The translations under genes and the position numbers were made by a program. A stretch of DNA of 64,000 nucleotides from Veillonella parvula (lineage in GTDB: Bacteria; Bacillota; Negativicutes; Veillonellales; Veillonellaceae): positions 42,150 to 106,149 of the forward strand of contig NZ_JAWFZJ010000004.1 of the NCBI RefSeq assembly GCF_032550495.1, read 5' to 3'. The notes under the pieces were generated by a model that had not been told where the DNA came from, made no database searches, and saw nothing but the letters and a program-made list of their open reading frames with translations. Of this stretch, positions 19,011-29,844 are shown in pieces (the stretch's first letter is position 1; the number at the start of each line of letters is the position of its first letter).

Positions 19011-20123
19011 CTAAATCTCTAAATTTTCTATGAATTCTTGTTTTCCAGAAACAAATTCAATCCCTATAGATAGCACCAGAATCGGTATTTTCAAGTCTTC
19101 AATTGCATGCAACTGACTTAACTTAACTGCATCCTTTTCTGTAATGCAAATAGCATCAGCTTGATGAGCAAATGCTTGTTTCCAAATCTCAACTACATCA
19201 TCATTTGAAAAGTCATGATGATCTCCAAATGGCAAGGTATGAACAACGTTATACCCTACATCAGTTAACGTTTGTGTAAAGGATTGAGGGTTTCCAATTC
19301 CACTCACAGCCATAATGCGTTGTTCCTTGTAAGCATCTACAGAAGCCCCAACAGAACCATTAGCCCACTCATCTAAGGTGTACATAAATTGCGGCTTATG
19401 TGTTGTTTCATAGACAGGTATATTGGGAATCATCTGAGTTAATCGCTTTCGAATGCCGGATACAATACCTGGTGCTACTTGATCAACCTTAGTAAGAACG
19501 ATAATATCCGCACGCTGTAAACCACTAAGGGGTTCACGTAATAGTCCCCGTGGCAATACATGTTCATAGCCAAACGGATTGGATGCATCGATTAGTACAA
19601 TATCAATATCTCTTGCTAGTGCACGATGTTGAAAGCCATCATCCATAATAAGACAATCGGCACCTAGCTCATTAATAGCGATTTCTGCAGATTTGGAACG
19701 TTCACGTCCAATGATTACATTAGATTTTTGTAAAACCTTAGCCAGTAACCAAGCCTCATCACCACTGATAGATGGCTCTACAAGCATTGTTCCATCTTTA
19801 GAAATAATAATATTTTTGTTATTATCTTCTGCACGGTATCCACGACTAAGAACAGTAGGATGAAGGCCCTTCTGAGTAAGCACATCACAAATAAATCGCA
19901 CCATCGGTGTTTTTCCAGTACCACCAGCCGTAATGTTGCCAACGCTGATTACAGGCACTGTAACTTTCGTAACGCCTTTACCCTCATCAAATCGAGCATT
20001 GCGTATTGATACAGCTTTCTCATAACCTTTACTCAAAAGGCCTAAACTGGAGCGAGCTATATCACCTAATACGGATTGATCTTCACCACTAACGATGGAT
20101 TTGAATAATGCTTCCCCACTCAT
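19011..20123 (-). CDS. lpxK: Tetraacyldisaccharide 4'-kinase
   Basis: 370 aa. P-loop GNITAGGTGKTP and SRGY motif. Confidence 0.9.
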   Translation of the reverse strand: MSGEALFKSIVSGEDQSVLGDIARSSLGLLSKGYEKAVSIRNARFDEGKGVTKVTVPVISVGNITAGGTGKTPMVRFICDVLTQKGLHPTVLSRGYRAEDNNKNIIISKDGTMLVEPSISGDEAWLLAKVLQKSNVIIGRERSKSAEIAINELGADCLIMDDGFQHRALARDIDIVLIDASNPFGYEHVLPRGLLREPLSGLQRADIIVLTKVDQVAPGIVSGIRKRLTQMIPNIPVYETTHKPQFMYTLDEWANGSVGASVDAYKEQRIMAVSGIGNPQSFTQTLTDVGYNVVHTLPFGDHHDFSNDDVVEIWKQAFAHQADAICITEKDAVKLSQLHAIEDLKIPILVLSIGIEFVSGKQEFIENLEI

Positions 20124-20177
20124 AGGTGACGCCTCCTATTATGTAATACAGTAAACTAATCTACAAATTTAGTCTTA

Positions 20178-21482
20178 CTACGGAATAATTTGATGTTTCT
20201 CAAATAGCAAACGTAACTCTTGTGTATTACGCCGCGTAGCACCACGATTTTCTTTAATGATATCCAGGCAGTTTTGCCCCATCTTTTTAGCCAAGTCTCT
20301 ATCCTTACATAAACGCAAGACCATAGCGGTTAACTCTTTTCCATTCTTCACTTGCTCACAAGCATTTCGAGAGTTTAATAAGGCGAAAATTTCTTTAAAG
20401 TTAAACATATGAGGCCCAACCAAAATTGGCTTACCATGTGCAGCTGGTTCCAAAATATTATGGCCTCCAGTTTTAACAAGGGAACCACCAACAAAGATAA
20501 TATCGCCTAAGCTATACAGTCGGCCAAGTTCACCAATGGTATCTAAAACGACAACGGGAATACCTTCATGAACAGGCTCCTTCATATCGCTACGACAAAT
20601 AGCACTCAATTCATAACGCTTTGCAATATTTTGCACATCATGACCGCGATAAATTTCACGAGGCGCAATCAATAAACGAGCTTGTGGATACTCTTTCAAT
20701 ACTTGCTTGAAGGTTTCAAAAATAGCCTCTTCTTCACCTTTGTGAGTACTACCTGCAATAATGATAGGATGATTATTTCCAAAGCCAAATTCATCGAGAA
20801 GAGCTTGTTTTTCTTCATATGATACGGTGGCATATGTTTGATCGTATTTCATATTACCTGTTACGGTAATATCAGGTGTATGAGCACCTAAACTTTCAAT
20901 ATACGCCGCATCAAATTTGGACTGCATGCAGAAACGCTCAATAGAGCGTAACATTTCACGCGTAAAAGCACTGATATACTTATAACGTTTCATACTGCGA
21001 TCTGAAATGCGTCCATTAACCATCATAACTGGAATGTTTTCCGATTCGGCGATACGCAAGAAGTTTGGCCAAATTTCAGTTTCTACGAGTAAAATAGTAA
21101 TCGGCTTAATAATATGTAAAATTTTACGAGTTAAATACGGCAAATCAAGGGGAAAGAATATAATTCCTTCTGCTTCAGGAATGATACGATGAGCCATAGC
21201 ATGACCAGTAGCAGTAACTACTGACACAACCACAACAGCTTCAGGAAATTCCTTTTTAACCTCTTTTACCAATGGACTGGTAGCCACAATTTCCCCTACG
21301 GAAGCGGCGTGAATCCAAATAGCACGACGCCCTTCAATTTTCTTTAATAGCGAAGCGGGCATATAGCCTGCACTTTGTTTGATACGCTCATAAAAGCCAT
21401 CTTCAAAGGCAAGTCGGTATAAAATAACCGGAATCAAGCCTATCCAATAAAATATGAGCAATACGTTATATATCCAGTACAT
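20178..21482 (-). CDS. waaA: 3-deoxy-D-manno-octulosonic acid (Kdo) transferase
   Basis: 434 aa. N-terminal TM helix, WIHAASVGE motif and C-terminal GGHN(I/P)LEPA motif. Confidence 0.9.
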   Translation of the reverse strand: MYWIYNVLLIFYWIGLIPVILYRLAFEDGFYERIKQSAGYMPASLLKKIEGRRAIWIHAASVGEIVATSPLVKEVKKEFPEAVVVVSVVTATGHAMAHRIIPEAEGIIFFPLDLPYLTRKILHIIKPITILLVETEIWPNFLRIAESENIPVMMVNGRISDRSMKRYKYISAFTREMLRSIERFCMQSKFDAAYIESLGAHTPDITVTGNMKYDQTYATVSYEEKQALLDEFGFGNNHPIIIAGSTHKGEEEAIFETFKQVLKEYPQARLLIAPREIYRGHDVQNIAKRYELSAICRSDMKEPVHEGIPVVVLDTIGELGRLYSLGDIIFVGGSLVKTGGHNILEPAAHGKPILVGPHMFNFKEIFALLNSRNACEQVKNGKELTAMVLRLCKDRDLAKKMGQNCLDIIKENRGATRRNTQELRLLFEKHQIIP

Positions 21483-21484
21483 GG

Positions 21485-23215
21485 TTATCCTTTATTGGAG
21501 AATTGAACGGAATAAAGATGATTGTACAATCCGCCGTCAACAGCTAATAGCTCTTGGTGAGTCCCCTGCTCTACCAAGCGACCTTGATTAAGTACAACAA
21601 TTTGATGAGCATTTTGAACGGTGCTCAATCGATGGGCAATGACAAATGCCGTACGCCCTTTCATGAGACGATCTAACGCCTCTTGTACAAGCTTTTCGCT
21701 CTCAGTATCTAAAGCAGATGTGGCTTCATCTAAAATTAGAATTCGAGGATCTTTTAAAATAGCACGTGCGATAGCAACGCGTTGACGTTGTCCACCAGAT
21801 AGCGAACTGCCTCGTTCACCTACAATCGTATCGAGACCATCAGGCATTTTCTCAACGAACTCAAGTACATTAGCCGCTTTAGCCGCTTCATACACGTCTT
21901 CATCAGTAGCATCTAAACGACCATACAAGATATTCTCTTTAATTGTAGCATTGAACAATACGGTTTCCTGTGGTACAAGACCAATTTGTTCACGCAAAGA
22001 TTTAAAAGTAACATCTTTCACGTTATAACCATCTATTGTAATAGAGCCACCTGTTACATCATAGAAACGAGGTAGTAGGTTAGCGAGAGTTGTCTTACCT
22101 GCACCAGATGGACCAACAAGGGCTACACTTTCGCCAGCCTTAACTGACAAGGTAAAATTTTCTAAGGCAGCCTTTTCTCCATCATAGGAGAAAGAAACAT
22201 CATTAAACTCCACATTGCCGGTAATAGCAGGCAATGTAATAGCATCAGGTTTCTCCACAACATCTGTTTTAGTATCTAAAATTTCAAATACACGATCAGC
22301 AGCAGCCAACGCCTTTTGAATATTACCATATACTTGACTCAAACGTTTTACGGGATTTGACAAGTTAATAGCATAAATCAAGAAAGCAATCAAAGAACCT
22401 GCAGTAATAGCACCTGTTACTACGGAGTAACCGCCGTACCAAAGGATGACCGCTACAGCGATTGCCGCAGAAAACTCAACCATTGGGCTTAACAAGCTAG
22501 TCAATTTAGTAGCTTTGATAACTGCTTTAAAATTGCGATCATTTTCATCTTCAAAGCGCTTACGCTCAAAATCTTCACGAGCAAAGGATTTTACAACGCG
22601 AACTGCACTAATTACCTCTTGTAAAAGTGCCGTAATATCAGCTACACGCCCTTGGACATCATGCCCTGCCACGCGAAGCTTCTTACCAAAAACATTGATA
22701 ATCACTAAAACTACGGGAACCGTAATAAAAGTAACTAACGTCAATTTCCAGTCAATGAGAAGCATGGACACCAAGGAACCGATAAGTGTTACAGATTCAG
22801 TGATAAAAGAAATCAAATTATCTACCACGGCCGTTTGCAATGCAGCTACGTCATTTGTAAGATTACTCATGATAACGCCCGTCTTACGACGATCGAAATA
22901 GGATAAGCTTAATTTTTGTAGATGATTAAAAATAGCCTCACGTACATCGATAATCACGCGCTGTCCGATGTAGGACATGTTATAAGTTTGACCATAGGTA
23001 GCAAAGCCACGAATTAGGAAAATGAGTATAATAGCACCTACAATAAGGTTCAACATAAACATATTCTTTTCATCTAATACTTGGTCTACTACATTCTTAA
23101 TTAGCCAAGGTACTACCAAATAGGCAGCAGCAGCGACAATCATGCAGAATACTGCAAAAAGCATTCGCTTATAATAAGGCTTTACAAAGTATAAGAGCCT
23201 AGAATAACTATTCAT
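21485..23215 (-). CDS. msbA: Lipid A export ABC transporter, fused permease/ATPase (MsbA-like)
   Basis: Six-TM domain plus NBD (GPSGAGKTT, LSGGQRQR, ILILDEATS). Lies between lpxB and waaA. Start at ATG 23213-23215 after AAGGAGAA, overlapping the lpxB stop by 8 nt. Confidence 0.85.
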   Translation of the reverse strand: MNSYSRLLYFVKPYYKRMLFAVFCMIVAAAAYLVVPWLIKNVVDQVLDEKNMFMLNLIVGAIILIFLIRGFATYGQTYNMSYIGQRVIIDVREAIFNHLQKLSLSYFDRRKTGVIMSNLTNDVAALQTAVVDNLISFITESVTLIGSLVSMLLIDWKLTLVTFITVPVVLVIINVFGKKLRVAGHDVQGRVADITALLQEVISAVRVVKSFAREDFERKRFEDENDRNFKAVIKATKLTSLLSPMVEFSAAIAVAVILWYGGYSVVTGAITAGSLIAFLIYAINLSNPVKRLSQVYGNIQKALAAADRVFEILDTKTDVVEKPDAITLPAITGNVEFNDVSFSYDGEKAALENFTLSVKAGESVALVGPSGAGKTTLANLLPRFYDVTGGSITIDGYNVKDVTFKSLREQIGLVPQETVLFNATIKENILYGRLDATDEDVYEAAKAANVLEFVEKMPDGLDTIVGERGSSLSGGQRQRVAIARAILKDPRILILDEATSALDTESEKLVQEALDRLMKGRTAFVIAHRLSTVQNAHQIVVLNQGRLVEQGTHQELLAVDGGLYNHLYSVQFSNKG

Positions 23216-24350
23216 TACATTTCTCCTTACCGAGATTATATACAAGATGTGCTACCCGTTTTACTGCACCCGGCTCACCTAATTTATGACGTACTTCGCG
23301 CAATTCACTGCGCATAGCTTCATTTTTGTCTACATCGCTGAGCAATGGTTCTACCAAAGACACAATTGCGTCTGGAGTGACAGCATCTTGTAATAATTCG
23401 GGAATGACTTCTTTACCCGCTACAATATTAGGCAAGCCCACATGTGTTACATTCACAACCATCTTACCAATACCATACGTAATTGGAGATACACGATACA
23501 ATAATACCGTTGGCAATTCCATCATCGCCGTTTCTAATGTAGCCGTTCCTGATGCAGCAAGGCACACATCACAAATCTGCATCAAGTCATATGTATGGTC
23601 TTCCGTAATCGTAACAGGCACCTTATGAACATCGATAAACTCTTCTAGCTCACTTCGATCAATTGTATGTGCTCGAGGCAAGAAGAATTGAATATCTTCA
23701 TGCTTCGCCATCAATTGCTCACCACTTTTTAACATCGTATCAAGTAAGGATAAAACCTCTTGTTTACGACTGCCAGGCATGAGCAATATCTTTTTAGCCT
23801 CTTTGCGAGCCCCAAAGTATGCTTCGGCCACATCCTTAGTCATCGTAGGATGTACGATGTCGAGTAAAGGATGCCCTACAAAATCTACATTACATTTATA
23901 CTTGCGATATGCTTCAGCTTCAAATGGAAAGATAGATGCTACCTTAGTTACATACTTACGGATTGTATTACCTCGACTACTATGCCATGCCCAAATCGTT
24001 GGAGCAATATAATACAAAACAGGAATCCCCAGTTCATGAGCCACCGCAGCTAATTTCATATTAAAACCTGGGTAATCTACACAAACGAGAATATCTGGTT
24101 TCTCCTTCATCATGACGCGTTTCAAATACGTGCGCAACTTAAAGAATTTTGGCAATGATTTCACAATCTCTACAATACCAATGACACCAAGATTCTTAAT
24201 ATCATACACGATACGAACACCAGCACGCTCCATCAAGGTGCCACCCATACCAAACATTTCTACAGAAGGATCTATTTCTCTCAATGCATTGGCTACACTT
24301 GCCGCATGAGTATCGCCGGAAGCTTCACCGGCGGAAAACATGACTTTCAT
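23208..24350 (-). CDS. lpxB: Lipid-A-disaccharide synthase
   Basis: 380 aa. N-terminus MFSAGEASGD typical of LpxB. Confidence 0.9.
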   Translation of the reverse strand: MKVMFSAGEASGDTHAASVANALREIDPSVEMFGMGGTLMERAGVRIVYDIKNLGVIGIVEIVKSLPKFFKLRTYLKRVMMKEKPDILVCVDYPGFNMKLAAVAHELGIPVLYYIAPTIWAWHSSRGNTIRKYVTKVASIFPFEAEAYRKYKCNVDFVGHPLLDIVHPTMTKDVAEAYFGARKEAKKILLMPGSRKQEVLSLLDTMLKSGEQLMAKHEDIQFFLPRAHTIDRSELEEFIDVHKVPVTITEDHTYDLMQICDVCLAASGTATLETAMMELPTVLLYRVSPITYGIGKMVVNVTHVGLPNIVAGKEVIPELLQDAVTPDAIVSLVEPLLSDVDKNEAMRSELREVRHKLGEPGAVKRVAHLVYNLGKEKCNE

Positions 24351-25186
24351 TATGCATCCTTTCTGGAATTTACAAATTCTTGGTCAACAGCACAGATAAC
24401 AATACCATGACGATCTGCCATATCAAGCACATCTTGTTGTTGTACGAAAATAGTCTTTTCCGCTTCTACAGCTAGTACCTTACAACCACTATCAATCATA
24501 GACATGAGCGTTTTTATACCTACTGCCGGCACATCAAAGCGTACATCTTGATTTGGTTTTTCTGTTTTAACAACAATCGCATCTCCGCGCCCCAGTTCTC
24601 CACCTCTCAAGATACACTTGTCAGTCCCTTCAATGGCTTCAATTGCCATGACCGCCTTATGTTTAACAACAACGGTTTGACCAATATCAAGGGCCCCCAT
24701 TTGTTTAGCTAGTTCAAAACCAAAACAAATGTCAGCCCATTGCTCATCTGTAGGTTGTGCTTTTGAAAGCACTCCTACCTTTGGCATAAATGGTTTCAAG
24801 TATGCTGTTTGATCTAATACTTTAAAGCCTTCTCGTTCGATTTCATCAACGATGGCAAGCATAATCGTATCATCTTTACGATTTTTAAGACGCTTTAAAA
24901 CACCTAATGTTTTTAAATCAGGAAACGTAAGACCTTTAAAAAGAATCTCTTTAGTAACTTTCCCAAGCATGGTTAACTCTTCAACCTCTTCTTTTTTCAA
25001 GGTTTTGAAGATTTTACCTAGTTTAGCAACACCAATATCGTAGAAAGCATCAGCCTCAGCCTTTAGAGCCGGGTCTATATCAGGTACCACACCGATAACA
25101 ACCACCTCGTGGCCCAATACATGAGCGGCACGCATGAATTCTACAGGCAAAACACCTATGCCCGCAATTAATCCTACCTTTGCCAA
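24350..25186 (-). CDS. lpxI: UDP-2,3-diacylglucosamine hydrolase, LpxI type (DUF1009)
   Basis: 278 aa. GLIAGIGVLP N-terminus typical of LpxI. Directly upstream of lpxB. TTG start 7 nt after AGGAGGT. Confidence 0.8.
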   Translation of the reverse strand: MAKVGLIAGIGVLPVEFMRAAHVLGHEVVVIGVVPDIDPALKAEADAFYDIGVAKLGKIFKTLKKEEVEELTMLGKVTKEILFKGLTFPDLKTLGVLKRLKNRKDDTIMLAIVDEIEREGFKVLDQTAYLKPFMPKVGVLSKAQPTDEQWADICFGFELAKQMGALDIGQTVVVKHKAVMAIEAIEGTDKCILRGGELGRGDAIVVKTEKPNQDVRFDVPAVGIKTLMSMIDSGCKVLAVEAEKTIFVQQQDVLDMADRHGIVICAVDQEFVNSRKDA

Positions 25187-25478
25187 GACTATACCTCCTA
25201 GATGGCCTCACGGCCTATATATCAATTAGTAATTTCAAGTTCCCTATGAAAAGGCCTAAAAATAGACATAATCATATACAATATATTGTACTATAAATAG
25301 CTACTTTTTACCATTAAAAAGCCATGGTTTATGCCCTTTTCTTCATCATTTTATTATAATTCCCTTATTCCTTTTAAGCACTAAAAAATCTACGATTATA
25401 TCTATCAAAACTTTTCTATAAATATAAAAATATAATGTAAATTATCATTGATATAAAACTCAACTAGTAATAATGCAC

Positions 25479-25509
25479 ACAAAAAGACCTCGTACATTGT
25501 ACGAGGTCC
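25479..25509 (-). terminator. Rho-independent terminator after lpxA
   Basis: Minus strand GACCUCGUACAAUGUACGAGGUC followed by U5, 7 nt after the stop codon. Confidence 0.85.
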
Positions 25510-25515
25510 TCATAA

Positions 25516-26328
25516 TTAGTCGCGACGAGTACGCATAATTCCCCTATCCGCATTGCGTAGGAAGCGTAATAAATTTTCAATTTCTACGGAAGAATCCAAT
25601 TGTAATTCCATTTCTTCAATCGCCTTAGATAAGCTGAATCCAGAACGATAAATAATACGGAATGCCTGTTTCAAATCACGTCGTACATCTTCGGAAATCC
25701 CTGCACGAGATAGGCCTACAGAGTTTAGACCGATAACACGTGCCGGTTGACCATCAGCAATTACGTAAGGTGGGATATCTTGTACCACCTTAGCCATCCC
25801 GCCAACCATTGCATTACGACCGATTTTAACAAATTGATGAATACCTGCAAGGCCACCAATAACAACGCGATCTTCAACGATAGCGTGCCCTGCAAGACCA
25901 GCACAATTACTCATTATTACATTATTACCAACGATACAGTTATGAGCCACATGTGTACAGGCTTGAAGTAAACAATTATTGCCTACACGTGTTTCTTCAC
26001 CTTCACCAGTAGCGCGGCTAATAGTTACGAATTCACGAATAACCGTTTCATCGCCAATATTACAATAGCTTTTTTCGCCTTTAAATTTTAAATCTTGCGG
26101 TTCCAACCCAATAGATGCGTTAGGATAAATTTCACAACGCTTACCAATGGTTGTCCAACCACCAATTACAACATGTGCACCGATTTGTGTGCCATCGCCA
26201 ATCTCGACATGTTCGCCGATAACAGCGCCAGGACCTACGATTACATCTTTGCCCAATTTAGCATTTGGATGGACTATGGCTGTACTATGGATGTTGGATT
26301 TCGCATTTTCCATGCCTACAACTATCAC
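25516..26328 (-). CDS. lpxA: Acyl-ACP--UDP-N-acetylglucosamine O-acyltransferase
   Basis: Left-handed beta-helix hexapeptide repeats plus a C-terminal helical domain. Follows fabZ. Start uncertain: GTG 26326-28 lies 8 nt after GAGGAG, and ATG 26311-13 is the alternative. Confidence 0.88.
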   Translation of the reverse strand: MIVVGMENAKSNIHSTAIVHPNAKLGKDVIVGPGAVIGEHVEIGDGTQIGAHVVIGGWTTIGKRCEIYPNASIGLEPQDLKFKGEKSYCNIGDETVIREFVTISRATGEGEETRVGNNCLLQACTHVAHNCIVGNNVIMSNCAGLAGHAIVEDRVVIGGLAGIHQFVKIGRNAMVGGMAKVVQDIPPYVIADGQPARVIGLNSVGLSRAGISEDVRRDLKQAFRIIYRSGFSLSKAIEEMELQLDSSVEIENLLRFLRNADRGIMRTRRD

Positions 26329-26348
26329 TACAATCACTCCTCATTCTA

Positions 26349-26774
26349 TTATACAAGGGCAAACATGTATTCACCGCTAGCGCACAATTTGTCGCCAACA
26401 TAGGCACGGCCTTCAACCTTGCCCATTTTACCTTTAATTTTAACAATATCTACCTCCATGCGAACTTGATCGCCAGGTTTTACAGGATGGCGGAAACGCA
26501 CTTTATCAATACCTGTAAACATAGGAGTAAGACCACGATTTTCCTCAGGGTATAATAATGCAATACCACCGACTTGAGCAATAGCTTCAGTCAATAATAC
26601 ACCTGGCATAACTGGGTTCCCTGGAAAGTGACCTTGGAAGAACAATTCGTTGAATGTAGCATTTTTAATACCCACAGCACGTTTCATAGGTTCTAACTCA
26701 ACAATGCGATCAACCAAAAGCATTGGGTAACGATGAGGTAAAATTTCTAAAATATCTTCGTGATTAAGAATCAT
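26349..26774 (-). CDS. fabZ: 3-hydroxyacyl-ACP dehydratase
   Basis: 141 aa. LPHRYPMLLVDR and FFQGHFP motifs. Confidence 0.93.
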   Translation of the reverse strand: MILNHEDILEILPHRYPMLLVDRIVELEPMKRAVGIKNATFNELFFQGHFPGNPVMPGVLLTEAIAQVGGIALLYPEENRGLTPMFTGIDKVRFRHPVKPGDQVRMEVDIVKIKGKMGKVEGRAYVGDKLCASGEYMFALV

Positions 26775-27610
26775 GGCTGTGTCTCCCTTATTTCTTCCAT
26801 TATACTGCGAGCCAATCTTGAATTTAATTCATGACTCGATTTCAAAGCAATTACATGGCCTTCAATCGGTCCTAACAAGAATAAATCCCCTATAACATCT
26901 AATGCTTTATGGCGAACTAATTCATCCTCAAAGCGTGGTATAGATAGACATTTCTCATCATCATAGACTAATGCATTATCTAGGCTACCGCCTTTTGCAA
27001 GCCCCATGGCCTGTAATTGTTCCAATTCCTTCATAAATCCGATAGTCCTAGCCGGTCCAATGTGTGCTTTGAAATACTCAGGCGATACTTCAAAATCACA
27101 TTGTTGCGTACCAAGTAACGGATGGCTGTTAATTGATGTAAAAGTCATGCGATAGCCATCATATGGCAAAATCACAATAAAACGATCCCCATCATAAACA
27201 GCATGAGATCGAGTCACTTTGTATATATGACGCGATGCTATTTGTTCTTCAATGCCAGCCTCTTCAATAAGATTGACAAAAATAGCACTACTACCATCAC
27301 CTACAGGAGGTTCTGGAGAATCCATTTCAATATAACAGTTATCAATATTCATAGCACTGAACGCTGCCATCACATGTTCAACAGTAAATACCTTTGCTTC
27401 ACCATTTTCCAGCGTGGTAGCGCGCATAGTGTTCGTCACATTATCAATGTGTGCTCGCACAGAAGGATGCCCTTCAATGTCCGTGCGGACAAACACAATT
27501 CCTGTATCTTCAGGTGCAGGCTTAAAAACCATATATACTGGTTCACCGCTATGAAGGCCAATCCCTTGATATGAAACAGCCTTTTTTATTGTTTGTTGTG
27601 GCTTACTCAT
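26771..27610 (-). CDS. lpxC: UDP-3-O-acyl-N-acetylglucosamine deacetylase
   Basis: 279 aa. QQTIKKAVSYQGIGLHSG N-terminus, TVEH and HKALD motifs. 4-nt overlap with fabZ. Confidence 0.92.
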   Translation of the reverse strand: MSKPQQTIKKAVSYQGIGLHSGEPVYMVFKPAPEDTGIVFVRTDIEGHPSVRAHIDNVTNTMRATTLENGEAKVFTVEHVMAAFSAMNIDNCYIEMDSPEPPVGDGSSAIFVNLIEEAGIEEQIASRHIYKVTRSHAVYDGDRFIVILPYDGYRMTFTSINSHPLLGTQQCDFEVSPEYFKAHIGPARTIGFMKELEQLQAMGLAKGGSLDNALVYDDEKCLSIPRFEDELVRHKALDVIGDLFLLGPIEGHVIALKSSHELNSRLARSIMEEIRETQP

Positions 27611-27660
27611 AAGAATGTCCTTTCATAATCCGAATTCACGTTTACTATACACCAATATGT

Positions 27661-27689
27661 ATTATACCCTATTTGCATAGGCGTTACAA
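27661..27689 (-). promoter_or_regulatory. SigA-type promoter of lpxC-fabZ-lpxA
   Basis: Minus strand TTGTAA-17 nt-TATAAT, about 50 nt upstream of the lpxC ATG. Confidence 0.6.
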
Positions 27690-27780
27690 GAAATTTACCA
27701 TATATTACGCTAATTGGAAAGACTATTCTTAGTCTTTAAAATTTTAATAGACTATTTTTAAACACTAAGTTATAAGTTAT

Positions 27781-27862
27781 AAAATAAAAAGAGATTTCAT
27801 CCATGCTAGTAGGAATCAGTTTCATCTTGAAGATTCCACAATCGCATAAACAAAATCTCTTT
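27781..27862 (-). terminator. Long branched hairpin with U-rich tail after the acyltransferase gene (terminator-like)
   Basis: Outer 10-bp stem AAAGAGAUUU/AAAUCUCUUU encloses an inner GGAAUC/GAUUCC stem and is followed by UUAUUUU on the minus strand. Confidence 0.4.
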
Positions 27863-27873
27863 AAAATTATTAA

Positions 27874-28776
27874 CTATTGAAAAACATCAGGTGGTGTATC
27901 TATTTGTTCACCATAAAAACGACGAGTCCATTTCCAACGGTTATGAAGCCAGAACCAATCTTCAGGATATCGCCGAATATAATCTTCAATAAACTCATTT
28001 AGACGAGTTGTTGTTACCGCTATATCACGCTTTTTATCATCTGTACGTTCCACATAAATTGGTGGATGTGCTTCAATCTCATGTTTCTCAGAAAACGGAC
28101 TATAATGTATGGTTACAAAAATAATAGGCACATCTTGCATACGAGCCAGTACAGCTGGCCCAGCAGCCGTCAATGTTTCATAGCCAAAGAAGGGTGCAAG
28201 AACGCCATCATCACCAGGGTCCTGATCCATAATAAGGCCTAAAAATGCACCTTTTTTTAGTTCATTAATCATTTCACGAACACCTGTTTTATAGGTCACA
28301 TGTTGATGCATAATCCGACGATATTCATTGATAAACTTATCGGCATCACCATTCTGTTTCATAGCCACAGAAATCAGCGGATATCCTTCAGAAGCAAGAA
28401 CGCCACCTAAAAGTTCCCAGTTACCACTATGAACAGCAGCTAAAATTGCACCTCGACCATTTTCTAAGGCATCATCTAAGTACTCTCGATTAATAAACTC
28501 CACCATATCTTTGTATGCGCCATCTTTAATTTCAGGATAGCGCAATACATCAATAATCATACGGCCAAAGCGTGTAGTACTAGCTTTCGCAATACGTCGA
28601 GCTTCTTTAGGATCATCTGTAATATTACAGAATAAAATTTGGCCTATCGCCAGGCGCTTGCGTTTAGGTGGCACCACTAACCACACAATTTCACCAAGCA
28701 ATGTACCAATAGCATATTGCAAACCTTTAGGTAATAAGCAAATAAAGGCACTAAAGATTTTCATAAACCTATACAT
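27874..28776 (-). CDS. Lysophospholipid acyltransferase family protein (second LpxL/LpxM-like lipid A acyltransferase)
   Basis: 300 aa. HX4E motif in VHSGNWELLG and C-terminal YPEDWFWLHNRWK. Directly downstream of lpxD. Confidence 0.75.
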   Translation of the reverse strand: MYRFMKIFSAFICLLPKGLQYAIGTLLGEIVWLVVPPKRKRLAIGQILFCNITDDPKEARRIAKASTTRFGRMIIDVLRYPEIKDGAYKDMVEFINREYLDDALENGRGAILAAVHSGNWELLGGVLASEGYPLISVAMKQNGDADKFINEYRRIMHQHVTYKTGVREMINELKKGAFLGLIMDQDPGDDGVLAPFFGYETLTAAGPAVLARMQDVPIIFVTIHYSPFSEKHEIEAHPPIYVERTDDKKRDIAVTTTRLNEFIEDYIRRYPEDWFWLHNRWKWTRRFYGEQIDTPPDVFQ

Positions 28777-28782
28777 GGATTA

Positions 28783-29844
28783 TTAGCTCTCCTTAAGCTG
28801 TGCTTTCAAAGCGTCAATTTCTTTTTGTAATTGTTTTACAGTTTTCACCATTTCTGGCAAACGATTCTCGTAAGCAGCCAATTTCAACCACTCTTTATGA
28901 GGTCTCATTGGATACCCAGCCATAACAGAATTAGAAGGCACATTGCCAGTAATTCCTGTTTTACCTGCAAATTGTACATTATCTCCAATTGTAATATGAC
29001 CTGTACAGCCTGTTTGTCCTGCAAAGATTACATGGTTACCACATTTTGTACTACCTGCAATCCCAACCTGTGCGATTAAGAAACAATCTTCTCCAATCTC
29101 AACATTGTGGCCAAGGTGAACAAGATTGTCAATTTTGGTACCGCGGCGTACCAAGGTAGATCCCATTGTAGCATTGTCGATAGTAGTGCAAGAGCCAATT
29201 TCTACATCATCTTCAAGAATAACATTGCCTACTTGAGGAATATGCGTATGAATACCATTTTCTGTGGCAAAACCAAAACCTTCACCACCGATAACTGCTT
29301 TAGCACGCAATACAACGCGTTTACCCAAAATACAGTTCTCATGTACGATAGCACCCGCATAGATGTCAGAATCTTCCCCAATTCGTACATTATGACCAAT
29401 ATATACATAAGGTCGAATCGTTACATTATCACCGATAACAGCATTATCATTAATAACACAATAGGCACCAATAGCTACATTTTTACCAAGTGTAACATTC
29501 TTGCCAATAATAGCAGTACTATGCACTTCACGGGGAACTACAACAGGTGGATGGAATACTTCTAGCACTTGGGCAAATGCAGATTTTGCATTATCAACTA
29601 CGATTTGCGCCATCGGTGCATTTTTTACTTCTGATTCAACGATAACAGCACCCGCTTGGCATAACGCAATATGTTCAACATATTCACCAATTGCAAAAGT
29701 TATGGATTGTTTTACCGCTTGTTCAAAGCTACGTGTCTCAGTAATGACAATAGACTCATCCCCTATAAGTTGACCGCCTACTAAATTTGCGAGTTCCTGT
29801 AAAGTTTTTTCCAAGGCAAACTCCTCCCCCGTGGTAATCTTCAA
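28783..29844 (-). CDS. lpxD: UDP-3-O-(3-hydroxyacyl)glucosamine N-acyltransferase
   Basis: 353 aa. N-terminal uridine-binding domain, hexapeptide-repeat beta-helix, C-terminal coiled coil. Follows skp as in the E. coli bamA-skp-lpxD order. Confidence 0.9.
   Translation of the reverse strand: MKITTGEEFALEKTLQELANLVGGQLIGDESIVITETRSFEQAVKQSITFAIGEYVEHIALCQAGAVIVESEVKNAPMAQIVVDNAKSAFAQVLEVFHPPVVVPREVHSTAIIGKNVTLGKNVAIGAYCVINDNAVIGDNVTIRPYVYIGHNVRIGEDSDIYAGAIVHENCILGKRVVLRAKAVIGGEGFGFATENGIHTHIPQVGNVILEDDVEIGSCTTIDNATMGSTLVRRGTKIDNLVHLGHNVEIGEDCFLIAQVGIAGSTKCGNHVIFAGQTGCTGHITIGDNVQFAGKTGITGNVPSNSVMAGYPMRPHKEWLKLAAYENRLPEMVKTVKQLQKEIDALKAQLKES

Noticed and set aside
22446-22901. A 151-aa plus-strand ORF antisense to msbA, and similar antisense ORFs in tamB, murA, glpX, serS and others.
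   Set aside because: They are shadow ORFs opposite long, well-supported genes. They have biased Ser/Thr/Ile-rich composition and no RBS or promoter.
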